Source: Bacteroidales bacterium
GTDB taxonomy: Bacteria; Bacteroidota; Bacteroidia; Bacteroidales; PXBB01
Direction: 5' to 3'
Length of the DNA stretch: 64,000 bases
Assembly: GCA_003565735.1 (NCBI GenBank)
Contig: PXBB01000015.1
Location: 2,175 to 66,174 of the forward strand
Part shown: positions 27,765 through 37,175 of the stretch, piece by piece
Position numbering within the stretch: the stretch's first letter is position 1
Layout: every line of letters begins with the position of its first letter
The notes under the pieces: generated by a model
The model's input: only the letters and a program-made list of their open reading frames with translations
Told to the model about the DNA's origin: nothing
The model's database searches: none
Position numbers and translations under genes: made by a program

Positions 27765-29804
27765 ATGAAAAAACTAATTCTTTTTTTAACAATTACAGCT
27801 TTTATAGCTTGTAAAACTGAAGAAGCCCAACAGGAAAAACAACTTCTTGACACAAAAGTTATTGAGTCGGTCATTCATAAGCTTACCGAAAAACATGGCG
27901 AAGCGCATTTAGAACGCATAGAACGAGGCGTCAGAGGGACAGCCAATCTCTGGCATATTGAAGATGGTGATGCTGAAGCATTTGAAGAATTTTGCATGGC
28001 ACAATTTGTTGCTGACCCCGAAGAACTGGATTACTTGTTCGATGCTCTTGCACGTAACTTTGAGTATCTTTTTGGTTATATGAACAGAATCGTTCTGGAG
28101 ATCAACCGCCCGGTACACGAAGATGTCGGGAGCCTGCATCCTATCGACCGCATGTTTGGTGCTTACAGCCCCGCATCGCATATTCATGATGATTTATACA
28201 ACAATAAAATCGCTTTTGTCATTACGCTTAACTTTCCCTATTATTCACTTGATGAGAAAAATGAGCTGGGTGGCGATTGGGACGACAGACAATGGGGGTT
28301 TGCCCGCTTAGGGGATTACTTCACAGCACGTATTCCTGCACCCGTTCTGCAGGAATATAACAGGGTCTATTCCGACGCCAGAATGTATATTTCTGAGTAT
28401 AATATATACGCCGGTCGTTTAGTAAATGATAATGGTGAAACATTGTTTCCCGAAAACATGGTATTATTAGCCCACTGGAACATCAGAGATGAAATAAAAT
28501 CTAACTATGGTGAAGAAAATGCTCTTGAAAAGCAGGAAATGCTATATCATGTTATGCTACGTATAATCAATCAGGATATTCCTAAAGAAGTGATTAATAA
28601 TGATGCGTACAAATGGAACCCTATCAGCAATGAACTGTGGAAAGACGGCCAGAAAGTATCGCATACGCCCGAAGAAGTCACACGCTATCAACACTTGCTC
28701 AACAACTTCCGTGCACTTAAAGCTATGGACCCTTACTACGAGAACCTTGACACATATATTAAAAGACGCTTTGAAAGCAGCATGGAAATTCCTTACGAAG
28801 AGGTAGAGGCGTTATTTACTGAGTATGCTTCATCACCTTTGCTGAGAGAAGTAGCGAAAATCATAAGAAAAGATTTGGGACGCGAGTTGCGCCCTTTCGA
28901 CCTTTGGTACAATCAGTTTTTAGGTCGTGGCGGGCTCTCTGAAGACATGCTTGACAAAATCACGAAAGCCAGATATCCTGATGCACAAGCCATGCAGGAT
29001 GATTTGGCGCGTATGCTCAGAACTCTAGGTTTCGACAATGAAACAGCTGATTTTTTGGCCTCCAAAATTGAAGTAAATGCAGCCCGCGGGTCAGGTCATG
29101 CATGGCGTGCTTCCATGCGCAGCAAGCCTTCTCACCTGCGCACCCGAATTGCTGCCGACGGCATGGACTATAAAGGCTATAACATTGCCATTCACGAGTT
29201 TGGACATAATGTAGAGCAAACTATTAGCGTGCATAAAGTTGACAACTACTTTATTAACGGCATCCCTAATACGGCTTTTACCGAAGCACTGGCTTTTATG
29301 TTCCAACGACGTGACTTGGAGTTGCTCGGACTCAGCGAAGAAGACCCTATGCGCAAACATTACGAAGTAATTGATGTGCTTTGGGACAACTACGAAATGA
29401 TGGGTGTCTCACTCATTGATATGCAAGTATGGCAGTGGCTTTACGAAAACCCAGATGCGGATGCAGAGCAACTCAAAATAGCCACTATTCAAATAGCAGA
29501 AAATATTTGGAACACCTATTATGCCGACATTTTTGGCGAAGAAGACAACCCGCTGCTAGCCATTTACTCCCATATGATTCAGTCGCCTTTATATCTCATG
29601 AACTACCCTTATGGGCGTCTGATTATGTATCAGCTTGAAGACTATATCAGCGACAAAGATTTTGCCCAAGAGATCATGCGTATTTTTTCTATCGGTCAGT
29701 TAACTCCTAAACATTGGATGCAAAAAGCTACCGGCGAGCAAATCAGCAATCAACCGCTATTTGATGCTGTTGAAAGAGCTCTGAAAGCTGTCAACAATGA
29801 ATAG
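27765..29804 (+). CDS. Lipoprotein gluzincin metallopeptidase, distantly M3-like (HEFGH)
   Basis: Lipobox AFIAC. HEFGH at 29193-29207 with a candidate third-ligand Glu 26 residues after the second His (NTAFTEALAF). Family assignment is tentative. Confidence 0.55.
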   Translation: MKKLILFLTITAFIACKTEEAQQEKQLLDTKVIESVIHKLTEKHGEAHLERIERGVRGTANLWHIEDGDAEAFEEFCMAQFVADPEELDYLFDALARNFEYLFGYMNRIVLEINRPVHEDVGSLHPIDRMFGAYSPASHIHDDLYNNKIAFVITLNFPYYSLDEKNELGGDWDDRQWGFARLGDYFTARIPAPVLQEYNRVYSDARMYISEYNIYAGRLVNDNGETLFPENMVLLAHWNIRDEIKSNYGEENALEKQEMLYHVMLRIINQDIPKEVINNDAYKWNPISNELWKDGQKVSHTPEEVTRYQHLLNNFRALKAMDPYYENLDTYIKRRFESSMEIPYEEVEALFTEYASSPLLREVAKIIRKDLGRELRPFDLWYNQFLGRGGLSEDMLDKITKARYPDAQAMQDDLARMLRTLGFDNETADFLASKIEVNAARGSGHAWRASMRSKPSHLRTRIAADGMDYKGYNIAIHEFGHNVEQTISVHKVDNYFINGIPNTAFTEALAFMFQRRDLELLGLSEEDPMRKHYEVIDVLWDNYEMMGVSLIDMQVWQWLYENPDADAEQLKIATIQIAENIWNTYYADIFGEEDNPLLAIYSHMIQSPLYLMNYPYGRLIMYQLEDYISDKDFAQEIMRIFSIGQLTPKHWMQKATGEQISNQPLFDAVERALKAVNNE

Positions 29805-29855
29805 TACGGCTAAAGTCTAAAAATATAAGTAAACAACTTGACTTTGCAATAAACA

Positions 29856-30977
29856 ATGAATAGTAAAGCGTGTGCCCACTTTAGGCAAAACCTAATAGAT
29901 TGGTATGATACGCATAAAAGAGATTTGCCCTGGCGCCACACCCGCGACCCATATTTTATATGGGTTTCGGAAATCATCTTACAACAAACAACTGTAGATC
30001 AAGGTTTATCTTACTATTATAAATTTACAAACACATACCCAACCATATTTCATTTAGCTGATGCCGACGAAAAGGATGTATTAAAGCTTTGGCAAGGCTT
30101 GGGTTATTATTCACGTGCTCGCAATATGCACCATACCGCTGGTATAGTGGTAAAAAAATATAACGGTCATTTCCCAGACAGCTACAAAGAGTTGTTAGAA
30201 CTTAAGGGCATAGGGCCTTATACAGCCGCAGCCATTTTGTCTTTTGCCTTCAACAAGTCTTTAGCTGTAACAGACGGTAACGTCATGCGGGTTGTTGCAC
30301 GCCTTTTTGCCATAGAAAAACCCGTAAACACTACCAAAGGCCTGAGTGAAGTAAATAAAAATCTCAGCCATATTTTCGACACAAAGCAACCGGGCACTTT
30401 TAACCAGGCCATCATGGAATTTGGTGCACAACATTGCAAAGTACATAAACCTTTGTGCAACAGCTGTTTTGCCAAAGATTATTGTAAAGCTTATGCTGAT
30501 AACTTGCAATTTATTCTGCCCCTCAAAGAAGCTAAAACTAAAACACTTGACAGATACTTGTTTTACTTCATTCCCCTTTTTGTTGAAAATAACAGCTTGT
30601 GTACATACTTAAACAGGAGAACCGCTAAAGATATATGGCAACATTTATACGATTTTATCTCTTTTGAAACAACTAGAAAAACAAGCCCACAGAATTTTTT
30701 AAAAAGCAAAATATTCACACAGTTTTTAGCTGACAACAGCATAAAAAGATCTGCCATCGATTTTTATATCAGCAAATTATACCATCATAAACTAACGCAC
30801 CGGCACTTACATGTCACTTTCATTTCATTTGTAACGCCACCGCTGGAGTTGGGTCAACCGTATATAAAAACACCATTAAGTCAGGTAAAGGATTATCCCT
30901 TGCCTAAATTGCTTGAAAATTTTTCTAATGAAAAAGATTTTAATAATTTTTGTTTAAATTTGTTACCTGTTAGGTGA
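29856..30977 (+). CDS. mutY: A/G-specific adenine DNA glycosylase
   Basis: DLPWRHTRDPYFIWVSEIILQQTTV, GLGYYSRARN, the HhH-GPD block LKGIGPYTAAAILSFAF, catalytic DGNV, the 4Fe-4S cluster CKVHKPLCNSCFAKDYC, and a C-terminal NUDIX-like domain. Confidence 0.92.
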   Translation: MNSKACAHFRQNLIDWYDTHKRDLPWRHTRDPYFIWVSEIILQQTTVDQGLSYYYKFTNTYPTIFHLADADEKDVLKLWQGLGYYSRARNMHHTAGIVVKKYNGHFPDSYKELLELKGIGPYTAAAILSFAFNKSLAVTDGNVMRVVARLFAIEKPVNTTKGLSEVNKNLSHIFDTKQPGTFNQAIMEFGAQHCKVHKPLCNSCFAKDYCKAYADNLQFILPLKEAKTKTLDRYLFYFIPLFVENNSLCTYLNRRTAKDIWQHLYDFISFETTRKTSPQNFLKSKIFTQFLADNSIKRSAIDFYISKLYHHKLTHRHLHVTFISFVTPPLELGQPYIKTPLSQVKDYPLPKLLENFSNEKDFNNFCLNLLPVR

Positions 30978-31089
30978 AAGCATTGATAAGCTCTGCAATG
31001 CATTTAGATAACTGTATTTTAATATCTTAAGCCATACATAAAACTTAGTTCAAATGTAAAAACTTTTCTTATTGATAAAAACGGAATAC

Positions 31090-33624
31090 ATGAAAAAAAA
31101 CATATTAACTATAGCGTTTTCCATTTTGATATTTTCTTATGGTTTTACGCAAGCTGAAGACTTTTCGCTGCCTGACACTATCAAGCCTGATGATATATCC
31201 GACAGGCCGGTATTCAGTATTACAGCCGAGATGCTTGAGGAAGCGGTTGATGACCAGGGCGTATCGCCACTGTTGCAATCTTCACGAGATGTTTATACTT
31301 CGTTAGCAGCTTACAACTTCGGGCAGGCACGTTTCAGGATAAGAGGCTACAACAACGACCTAACAACAGTTCTTATCAATGGGGTTAATGTAAACGAACG
31401 GGAGTCGGGCAGGCCTGTATGGGCATTTTGGGGTGGTCTCAACGACATCACACGCTGGCATGAAAACAGGACAGGAATAGCTTTTTGCCCACTGGCTTTC
31501 AGCAATATTGGCGGCTATTCTAATATTGATGCCCGTGCCACATCCAACAGGCAAGGCACTAGAGTATCTTATGCAGCTGCTAACAGAAGCTATAACAACA
31601 GAATAATGATGACCCACTCAACAGGTCTCAATGATAATGGCTGGGCTTTTACCTTTTCGGGTTCCAGGCGCTGGGCTCAGGAAGCATATGTAGAAGGCAC
31701 TTTCTATGATGCCTGGAGCTACTTTGGTGCAGCGGAAAAACATATTAACAACAGACACAGCCTGGGCCTTATAGCTTATGGAGCTCCTGCACGTACCGGT
31801 GCTTCAGGACTGGCCGTGCAGGAAGCATACGACCTTACAGGAAACAATTATTACAACCCATTTTGGGGCTACCAGGATGGTGAAAAAAGAAATGCCCGCG
31901 TTAGAACAACACACAAGCCCATGCTTATGCTCTCGCACTATTTCACTATTGATGAAACTTCCCGCCTTCAGACAACGGCATTTTATACTTTTGGTAAAGG
32001 CGGTTATACGCGTCTTAACTGGCATGATGCCAGCAACCCCCACCCCGACTACTACAGATACTTGCCAAGCTTTTGGTCAAACAATGCATACCTTTACAAC
32101 TACTATACTGATTTATGGAAAAATGATGAACAAGCCCGCCAAATAAACTGGGACCATTTTTACTTTGCCAACAGCAAAAATCTTTATACCGTCTATGATG
32201 TCGGTGGTGAACAAGGTGAAAAACTTACCGGAAACCGTTCTAAATATATTTTGGAGGAAGCCCGAAACGACATTTCTCATTACGGCTTAGCATCAGCATA
32301 TTCCAATATATTGAATGAAAATATGAGCATTCAGGGCGGCATACATATCGACCGCTATCAGGGTTTCAATTTTAACACCGTTAAAGACCTTTTGGGTGGT
32401 GATTTTTGGGTAGATATTGACCAGTTTGCCGAAAGAGATTTTGACGACCCGATATTGGCACAGAACGACTTGAACAATCCCAACAGAGTCGTATATCAAG
32501 GCGATACATTCGGCTTCGATTATATAGCCAACATCCATAAAGAAGAAGGCTTTGTGCAGGCATCATGGTCTTATCATAAATTTGACGTATCACTTGCCGG
32601 GAATATTTCCCATACCACATACTGGCGTACAGGAAACATGCTTAATGGAAAATTCCCTGACAATTCATACGGTGATTCTGAAAAGCAAAACTTCTTAAAT
32701 TACGGTTCTAAGCTGGGCATTGTTTACAAATTGACAGGAAGGCATATCATAACTGCTAATGCTGCTTACTTAACGCGCGCACCTTCATTTCGCAACTCTT
32801 ATATTTCACCACGCACACGAGACCATATAACCGCTAATCTTCAGGATGAGGAAGTTATTTCTGGTGACATCAACTACTTGATACGCTACCCCAACTTTAA
32901 GGCAAGATTGACTTATTACTATACAGAAATCAACAATCAAACCTGGGTGCGCAGCTTCTACCACGATGTGTACCGTACTTTTGTCAACTATCAAATGAGC
33001 GGTGTTGACCATTTGCATACAGGCCTTGAAATAGGTATAGACTACAACATCACATCATCTCTAAACCTAACAGGCGCTTTTACTAAAGGTGAAAATATTT
33101 ACAACTCACGGCCTGAAGTAACCATAGCACGCGATAACAGCGCCGAGTTAATAGCTGAAACCCGTACGGCTTACCTTAATCATTATAAAATCGGGGGCAT
33201 GCCTCAAACAGCTGCTTCAGGAGGCCTGAGATATAATGGCAAAAAGTTTTGGTTTGCCGGGTTTAACTTCAACTATTTTGCTGATATGTATTTATCCCCA
33301 AACCCTGACAGACGCACCTCAGAAGCACTCGACAACTATGTTTTCTCCGACCCCCAATGGGATCAAATCATCAGTCAGACAAAGCTGGATAACAATTTCA
33401 CAATTGATGCCTATTTTGGAAAATCCTGGCGCATAAGAGGTGACAACCAAAACTATTTTATCAATTTAAATATTAATATCAATAATATCCTTAATAATAA
33501 TGACTTTATAATTGGTGGTTTTGAACAGCTGCGTTATGATAGTAGCGATATTGACAAATTCCCACCCAGGTTTTCATATTTATATGGAAGAACTTATTTT
33601 GCAATGCTGACATTAAGATTTTAG
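31090..33624 (+). CDS. TonB-dependent receptor (plug plus 22-strand-type barrel)
   Basis: ORF 31072..33624. The ATG at 31090 gives the signal peptide MKKNILTIAFSILIFSYGFTQA. Plug region RIRGYNNDLTTVLINGVNVNERESG. Long alternating barrel region ending ...TYFAMLTLRF with a terminal Phe. Confidence 0.8.
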   Translation: MKKNILTIAFSILIFSYGFTQAEDFSLPDTIKPDDISDRPVFSITAEMLEEAVDDQGVSPLLQSSRDVYTSLAAYNFGQARFRIRGYNNDLTTVLINGVNVNERESGRPVWAFWGGLNDITRWHENRTGIAFCPLAFSNIGGYSNIDARATSNRQGTRVSYAAANRSYNNRIMMTHSTGLNDNGWAFTFSGSRRWAQEAYVEGTFYDAWSYFGAAEKHINNRHSLGLIAYGAPARTGASGLAVQEAYDLTGNNYYNPFWGYQDGEKRNARVRTTHKPMLMLSHYFTIDETSRLQTTAFYTFGKGGYTRLNWHDASNPHPDYYRYLPSFWSNNAYLYNYYTDLWKNDEQARQINWDHFYFANSKNLYTVYDVGGEQGEKLTGNRSKYILEEARNDISHYGLASAYSNILNENMSIQGGIHIDRYQGFNFNTVKDLLGGDFWVDIDQFAERDFDDPILAQNDLNNPNRVVYQGDTFGFDYIANIHKEEGFVQASWSYHKFDVSLAGNISHTTYWRTGNMLNGKFPDNSYGDSEKQNFLNYGSKLGIVYKLTGRHIITANAAYLTRAPSFRNSYISPRTRDHITANLQDEEVISGDINYLIRYPNFKARLTYYYTEINNQTWVRSFYHDVYRTFVNYQMSGVDHLHTGLEIGIDYNITSSLNLTGAFTKGENIYNSRPEVTIARDNSAELIAETRTAYLNHYKIGGMPQTAASGGLRYNGKKFWFAGFNFNYFADMYLSPNPDRRTSEALDNYVFSDPQWDQIISQTKLDNNFTIDAYFGKSWRIRGDNQNYFINLNININNILNNNDFIIGGFEQLRYDSSDIDKFPPRFSYLYGRTYFAMLTLRF

Positions 33625-33645
33625 AACAATAAAAACCCACAAAAA

Positions 33646-34926
33646 ATGGATACAAATAAAACAATAGCCACAGCCCTATTTACAGGCTTCTTTGCCTTAG
33701 TGCTGTTTTCTTCATGTGTAAAAGATGATTTTGACACACCCCCTATTAAAGAAATACCCGAGGGGCACATTCTTACCGTAGAACAGCTTAGAGATATGCA
33801 CCAGGGTGTATCGATCAAATTTACGGGCGACTCATCAGTTTATGCTACGGTAACGATGGACGCTCAAAGTGGAAATATTTACCGCAATGCTTATGTGCAA
33901 GACCATACCGGTGCCATTGTGTTGCGCACCTTGTCGCCCGGTGGCTTATACCTTGGCGACTCCCTGCGCATATACCTAAAAGGTGCGGTTTTGTCTTCGT
34001 ACAATGGCATGCTTCAACTCGACTCTGTTGATGTTGATTATAACATTATTAAACAAAAAACAGGCGTGCCTTTTAGCCCTGAGATTTTTGACGACCTTTC
34101 TGCTATTAACACCGGCCATCAGGCTCAACTCATTAAACTTGAAAATGTGCAATTTGCTAACAGTGAGCTGGGTAAAACCTTTGCCGACCCTGTTAACCTG
34201 CAAAATGTAAACCGCATGCTTGAAGATGTTTTTGGCAATCAGATTATTGTCAGAACCAGCGGCTATGCCAGCTTTGCAGGAGACACACTGCCTGAAGGCA
34301 GCGGCTCTATGGTGGCTATTGTTGGCGAATACAACGGCATTATGCAGCTCTACATCAGATCGAAAGAAGAAATTAAAATGAATCAGCCCCGCTTAGGCAT
34401 AGACTCTTACATCACTATACTTGAAGAAGATTTTCAAACAACAACAGAGTTTCAGGAAGTAAATGTCAATGGGTGGCAAAGTATTGCCGAAGAAGGCACA
34501 AGAAGATGGGTCGGCAGAGTGCACCAAGGCGATAGATATGCACAGGTGTCAGCTCACGGTAGTGGTGAACCCTCTAATATTGCATGGCTGATCAGCCCAC
34601 CAATCAATATTGACGGTTATGATATTGTATTGTTAAACTTCCAGACAGCTTTCGAACATTGGGTGCATGATGCCTTATCTGTTTTTATTTCAACGGATTA
34701 CGATGGCAGCGACCCCACTTCCGCTTATTGGCAAAATCTGACCAGTGCTGTTATTGCTACTAATGAAGATGGCTTTCATAACTGGATCAACTCCGGCAAT
34801 GTAAACCTTTCTGCATATTCGGGCGATATACATATAGGATTCAGATATGAAGGAAGCGGCACAGGCGGGCAAACTACCACTTACAGGGTCAATAATGTCA
34901 AGGTTTTAGGCGCTCAGCAAGACTAG
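33646..34926 (+). CDS. Surface lipoprotein with an OB-fold (DUF5689-like) N-domain and a choice-of-anchor-J-like C-domain, partner of the upstream TonB-dependent receptor
   Basis: Lipobox LFSSC. OB-fold-like segment VYATVTMDAQSGNIYRNAYVQDHTGAIVLRT...GDSLRIYLKGAVLSSYNGMLQLDSV. C-terminal jelly-roll-like domain (WQSIAEEGTRRW...AWLISPPINI...LNFQTAFEHW...VFISTDYDG). Lies 21 nt downstream of the receptor gene. Confidence 0.6.
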   Translation: MDTNKTIATALFTGFFALVLFSSCVKDDFDTPPIKEIPEGHILTVEQLRDMHQGVSIKFTGDSSVYATVTMDAQSGNIYRNAYVQDHTGAIVLRTLSPGGLYLGDSLRIYLKGAVLSSYNGMLQLDSVDVDYNIIKQKTGVPFSPEIFDDLSAINTGHQAQLIKLENVQFANSELGKTFADPVNLQNVNRMLEDVFGNQIIVRTSGYASFAGDTLPEGSGSMVAIVGEYNGIMQLYIRSKEEIKMNQPRLGIDSYITILEEDFQTTTEFQEVNVNGWQSIAEEGTRRWVGRVHQGDRYAQVSAHGSGEPSNIAWLISPPINIDGYDIVLLNFQTAFEHWVHDALSVFISTDYDGSDPTSAYWQNLTSAVIATNEDGFHNWINSGNVNLSAYSGDIHIGFRYEGSGTGGQTTTYRVNNVKVLGAQQD

Positions 34927-34979
34927 AACTTAAGCCTGTTGTCATTTACACCTATTATCAACTGGTAAAAATAAACCGC

Positions 34980-35435
34980 TCAGACCGGCTGGTTGTCTTC
35001 AGCAAACCATTCGGCATAAGATGTTTCGGTTTCCTGAAGTTTGAGGCTGTAAAGCTCCATATCGTTATTCAATACCGACCGGATACGCACAGAAAAGTCC
35101 AGCAGCAGGTTTTCACAAGTGGGCTGATAGTCAACCATAATTGTCCTTTCCGAAAAACTGCGCAAAAGCGCTTTATCTACTCCGGGTGTTTGACCATTTA
35201 TAAGCAAGGCATGATCGAATACTGATATGATATGCTTTTTGATGACTTTATTTATTTCCGAAAAATCAACGACCATCCCTTTCTTAGGGTTTCCCTCTTC
35301 TGTACTTGGTGTTCCACGAAGAGTAACCCACAAAACATAAGAATGGCCATGTATATTTTTACACAAACCATCGTAACCCGTCAATGCATGTGCCATTTCA
35401 AAATTAAAGCGCTTTGTAATCCGTATTTTTTGCAT
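34980..35435 (-). CDS. queD: 6-carboxy-5,6,7,8-tetrahydropterin synthase / 6-pyruvoyl-tetrahydropterin synthase family
   Basis: FEMAHAL...CKNIHGHSYVLWVTLRG (CxxxHGH Zn site), VVDFSEI and DHALLI. Confidence 0.85.
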   Translation of the reverse strand: MQKIRITKRFNFEMAHALTGYDGLCKNIHGHSYVLWVTLRGTPSTEEGNPKKGMVVDFSEINKVIKKHIISVFDHALLINGQTPGVDKALLRSFSERTIMVDYQPTCENLLLDFSVRIRSVLNNDMELYSLKLQETETSYAEWFAEDNQPV

Positions 35436-35527
35436 CTTACATACGTTTTTTTTTTAAACAATGCAGGCTAATAAATGCTGCAAATTTAATCATAATTTAC
35501 CACAATCATCCAACAATTGAAAAACAC

Positions 35528-35670
35528 CTTAAATCCGCAAAGAACTCGCTACTACATATCTGAATTGCACACCAACTGAGGAAATGCTCAACATTCCAAT
35601 CTTCATCATTGATAAGGCTACGCTTACAGTGCTCATATTTGCGCTTCTCTCTTCACTTTACTTCGTTTCG
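35528..35670 (-). repeat. Truncated copy B of the 20.7-kb MITE-like element (one terminal repeat retained, inverted relative to copy A)
   Basis: Begins with CTTAAATCCG (35528-35537). 35528-35647 aligns to the reverse complement of 20754-20873 at roughly 100 of 120 positions by eye (for example ctgaattgcacacc, ggaaatgctcaa, ggctacgcttaNagtgctcatatttgcgcttc). Similarity fades after ~35650, and the second terminal repeat is absent. Confidence 0.7.
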
Positions 35671-35691
35671 TTCAGAATAACAAGGTACTTT

Positions 35692-35731
35692 GTCATTCTG
35701 AACTCCGATTACCATCGGAGTTCAGAATGAC
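35692..35731. repeat. Perfect 18-bp inverted repeat with a 4-nt loop (REP-like hairpin), plus an upstream third arm
   Basis: GTCATTCTGAACTCCGAT (35692-35709), tacc, ATCGGAGTTCAGAATGAC (35714-35731). GTTCAGAAT at 35670-35678 can alternatively pair with ATTCTGAAC at 35695-35703. Confidence 0.9.
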
Positions 35732-35734
35732 ATA

Positions 35735-35976
35735 AGAAGCCGGCGGAGCCTTGACTTTTATCAAGCAAAAAGAACGTAGAAAAAAACTGCATTTTATCTT
35801 AGCCAGAGAAGAAATCAAAAATAGTATGCCCATAGCAAGCTGGCATAGTCCAACTCGGTTTTATGAAACACTTCCATGAAACACTTCCATTTGTATCTGT
35901 ATTTTTACAATAAATCTCAGCACTTATGCGTTTAATTAATATTTTGCACGGAAACAATCAATAAAAGGCTATGTAG
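35735..35976 (+). repeat. Noncoding leader module, copy 1 (upstream of the beta-barrel gene). Homologous to 37176-37347 but carries a ~130-nt internal insertion.
   Basis: Shared blocks are gccggcgGagcc; aagcaaaaagaacGtaGaaaaaaa (35763-35787); and acttatgcgTttaattaatattttgCACggaaaCAATCaataaaaggctatgtag (35922-35976). The module ends 25 nt before the ATG at 36002. Confidence 0.75.
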
Positions 35977-36001
35977 TAAAGCATTTAAGAAAAACGACCA
36001 T

Positions 36002-36652
36002 ATGAGAATAACACTAACAGTTTTAATATCATTATTGACAACTACATTCTTATTTGGGCAGAAATTTTCTGTGGGCGGAGAAATAGGATTTATCTCATCA
36101 ATTAATACAAACTTTAAAATTGCCGATATTGAAAACCGAAGAAATACATATTATACAGGTCTCAGCTTGAATTACAAGTATGACGACAGACTATCATTTA
36201 CAACGGGATTTCATTATTTGCGACAGGGCTATCGTCATTCAACCTGTTACATATTTGAAGAAGGGGTAAAGAATGAGTTAGTAGGTAAGATTGATTATTT
36301 AACCATACCTTTATCTGTAAATATTGACTTACTAAAGTCAAGAAAATTAATTGCGACTTTTGGACTTCTAGGAGCATACAATATAAAGGCAGTTCAAGAT
36401 TATCCAGAACCAATAGGCGGTTGCCTCATATACTACGAAAGAGACTTAACTAAATCTATTAAACAACATTCGCTGTATGGTACTTTTGGTATTGGATACA
36501 AGGTGTTTAAAACAGAAAATGTAGTGTTGATATCAAATATTAAATATTATCAAGGGCTAACAAATATAAAGAGAAACCCTTACCCTAATATTACATGGGT
36601 TGATAAATACAGCTCACTTCTATTAACATTAAGCTTAAACTACACACTATGA
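36002..36652 (+). CDS. Small outer-membrane beta-barrel protein (porin-family/OmpW-like size class)
   Basis: Signal peptide MRITLTVLISLLTTTFLFGQ. Repeated amphipathic strand pattern (FSVGGEIGF, YYTGLSLNYKY, LSFTTGFHYLRQGY, YGTFGIGYKVF, LLLTLSLNYTL). Visibly AT-rich coding sequence. Confidence 0.65.
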   Translation: MRITLTVLISLLTTTFLFGQKFSVGGEIGFISSINTNFKIADIENRRNTYYTGLSLNYKYDDRLSFTTGFHYLRQGYRHSTCYIFEEGVKNELVGKIDYLTIPLSVNIDLLKSRKLIATFGLLGAYNIKAVQDYPEPIGGCLIYYERDLTKSIKQHSLYGTFGIGYKVFKTENVVLISNIKYYQGLTNIKRNPYPNITWVDKYSSLLLTLSLNYTL

Positions 36653-37008
36653 GAAGCTTTGCAACTTTATCATTTATAATGACACTTTTGGTGAGCTGTG
36701 AGAAAGAAAAATTCCCAGAACAGAAACAATTACAAGGGACTTGGAAAGAAATAACCGAAAACACCTTCAAACATAAATTACGTTTTGAGAATGAAACTAT
36801 GTATTTCTTCAAATCAAATTCTATCGATACCCTAACATTCAGACTTGATGATAATAAAGAAAGGATGTATTTACAATTAAAGAATCACAATTCAGAAATT
36901 GAGTCCAAACATAAAATAAAACTTAATAAAAAAAGAAACGAGTTGACAGTATGGAATTTATTTATAACAATTGGGAATGAAACAGAAACAATATTTAAGA
37001 AGGAATAG
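36649..37008 (+). CDS. Small lipoprotein of unknown function, translationally coupled to the upstream beta-barrel gene
   Basis: ATGA start/stop overlap at 36649-36652. Lipobox LLVSC followed by a ~95-aa Lys/Glu-rich beta-type domain (LQGTWKEITENTFKHKLRFENETMYFF...). Confidence 0.55.
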   Translation: MRSFATLSFIMTLLVSCEKEKFPEQKQLQGTWKEITENTFKHKLRFENETMYFFKSNSIDTLTFRLDDNKERMYLQLKNHNSEIESKHKIKLNKKRNELTVWNLFITIGNETETIFKKE

Positions 37009-37175
37009 AAAAACGCCCTATAACAGCAGAGCTTTGCACAATGGTGGCGAGGAAGAAACAGATATTAGAGTTTGCGGTTAAAACACAAATTGATATAGCG
37101 GCAGCGTGCAATCAAGTAACTCGTATTCTGCTACAGTGCCGGCTCGCCGTTTTGTCCAGCCTGACCGCAAAAAAA

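Noticed and set aside
35863-35888. A tandem 13-bp repeat as a possible minimal CRISPR or VNTR.
   Set aside because: There are only two adjacent copies with no spacers. No CRISPR-like repeat-spacer periodicity occurs anywhere in the window.
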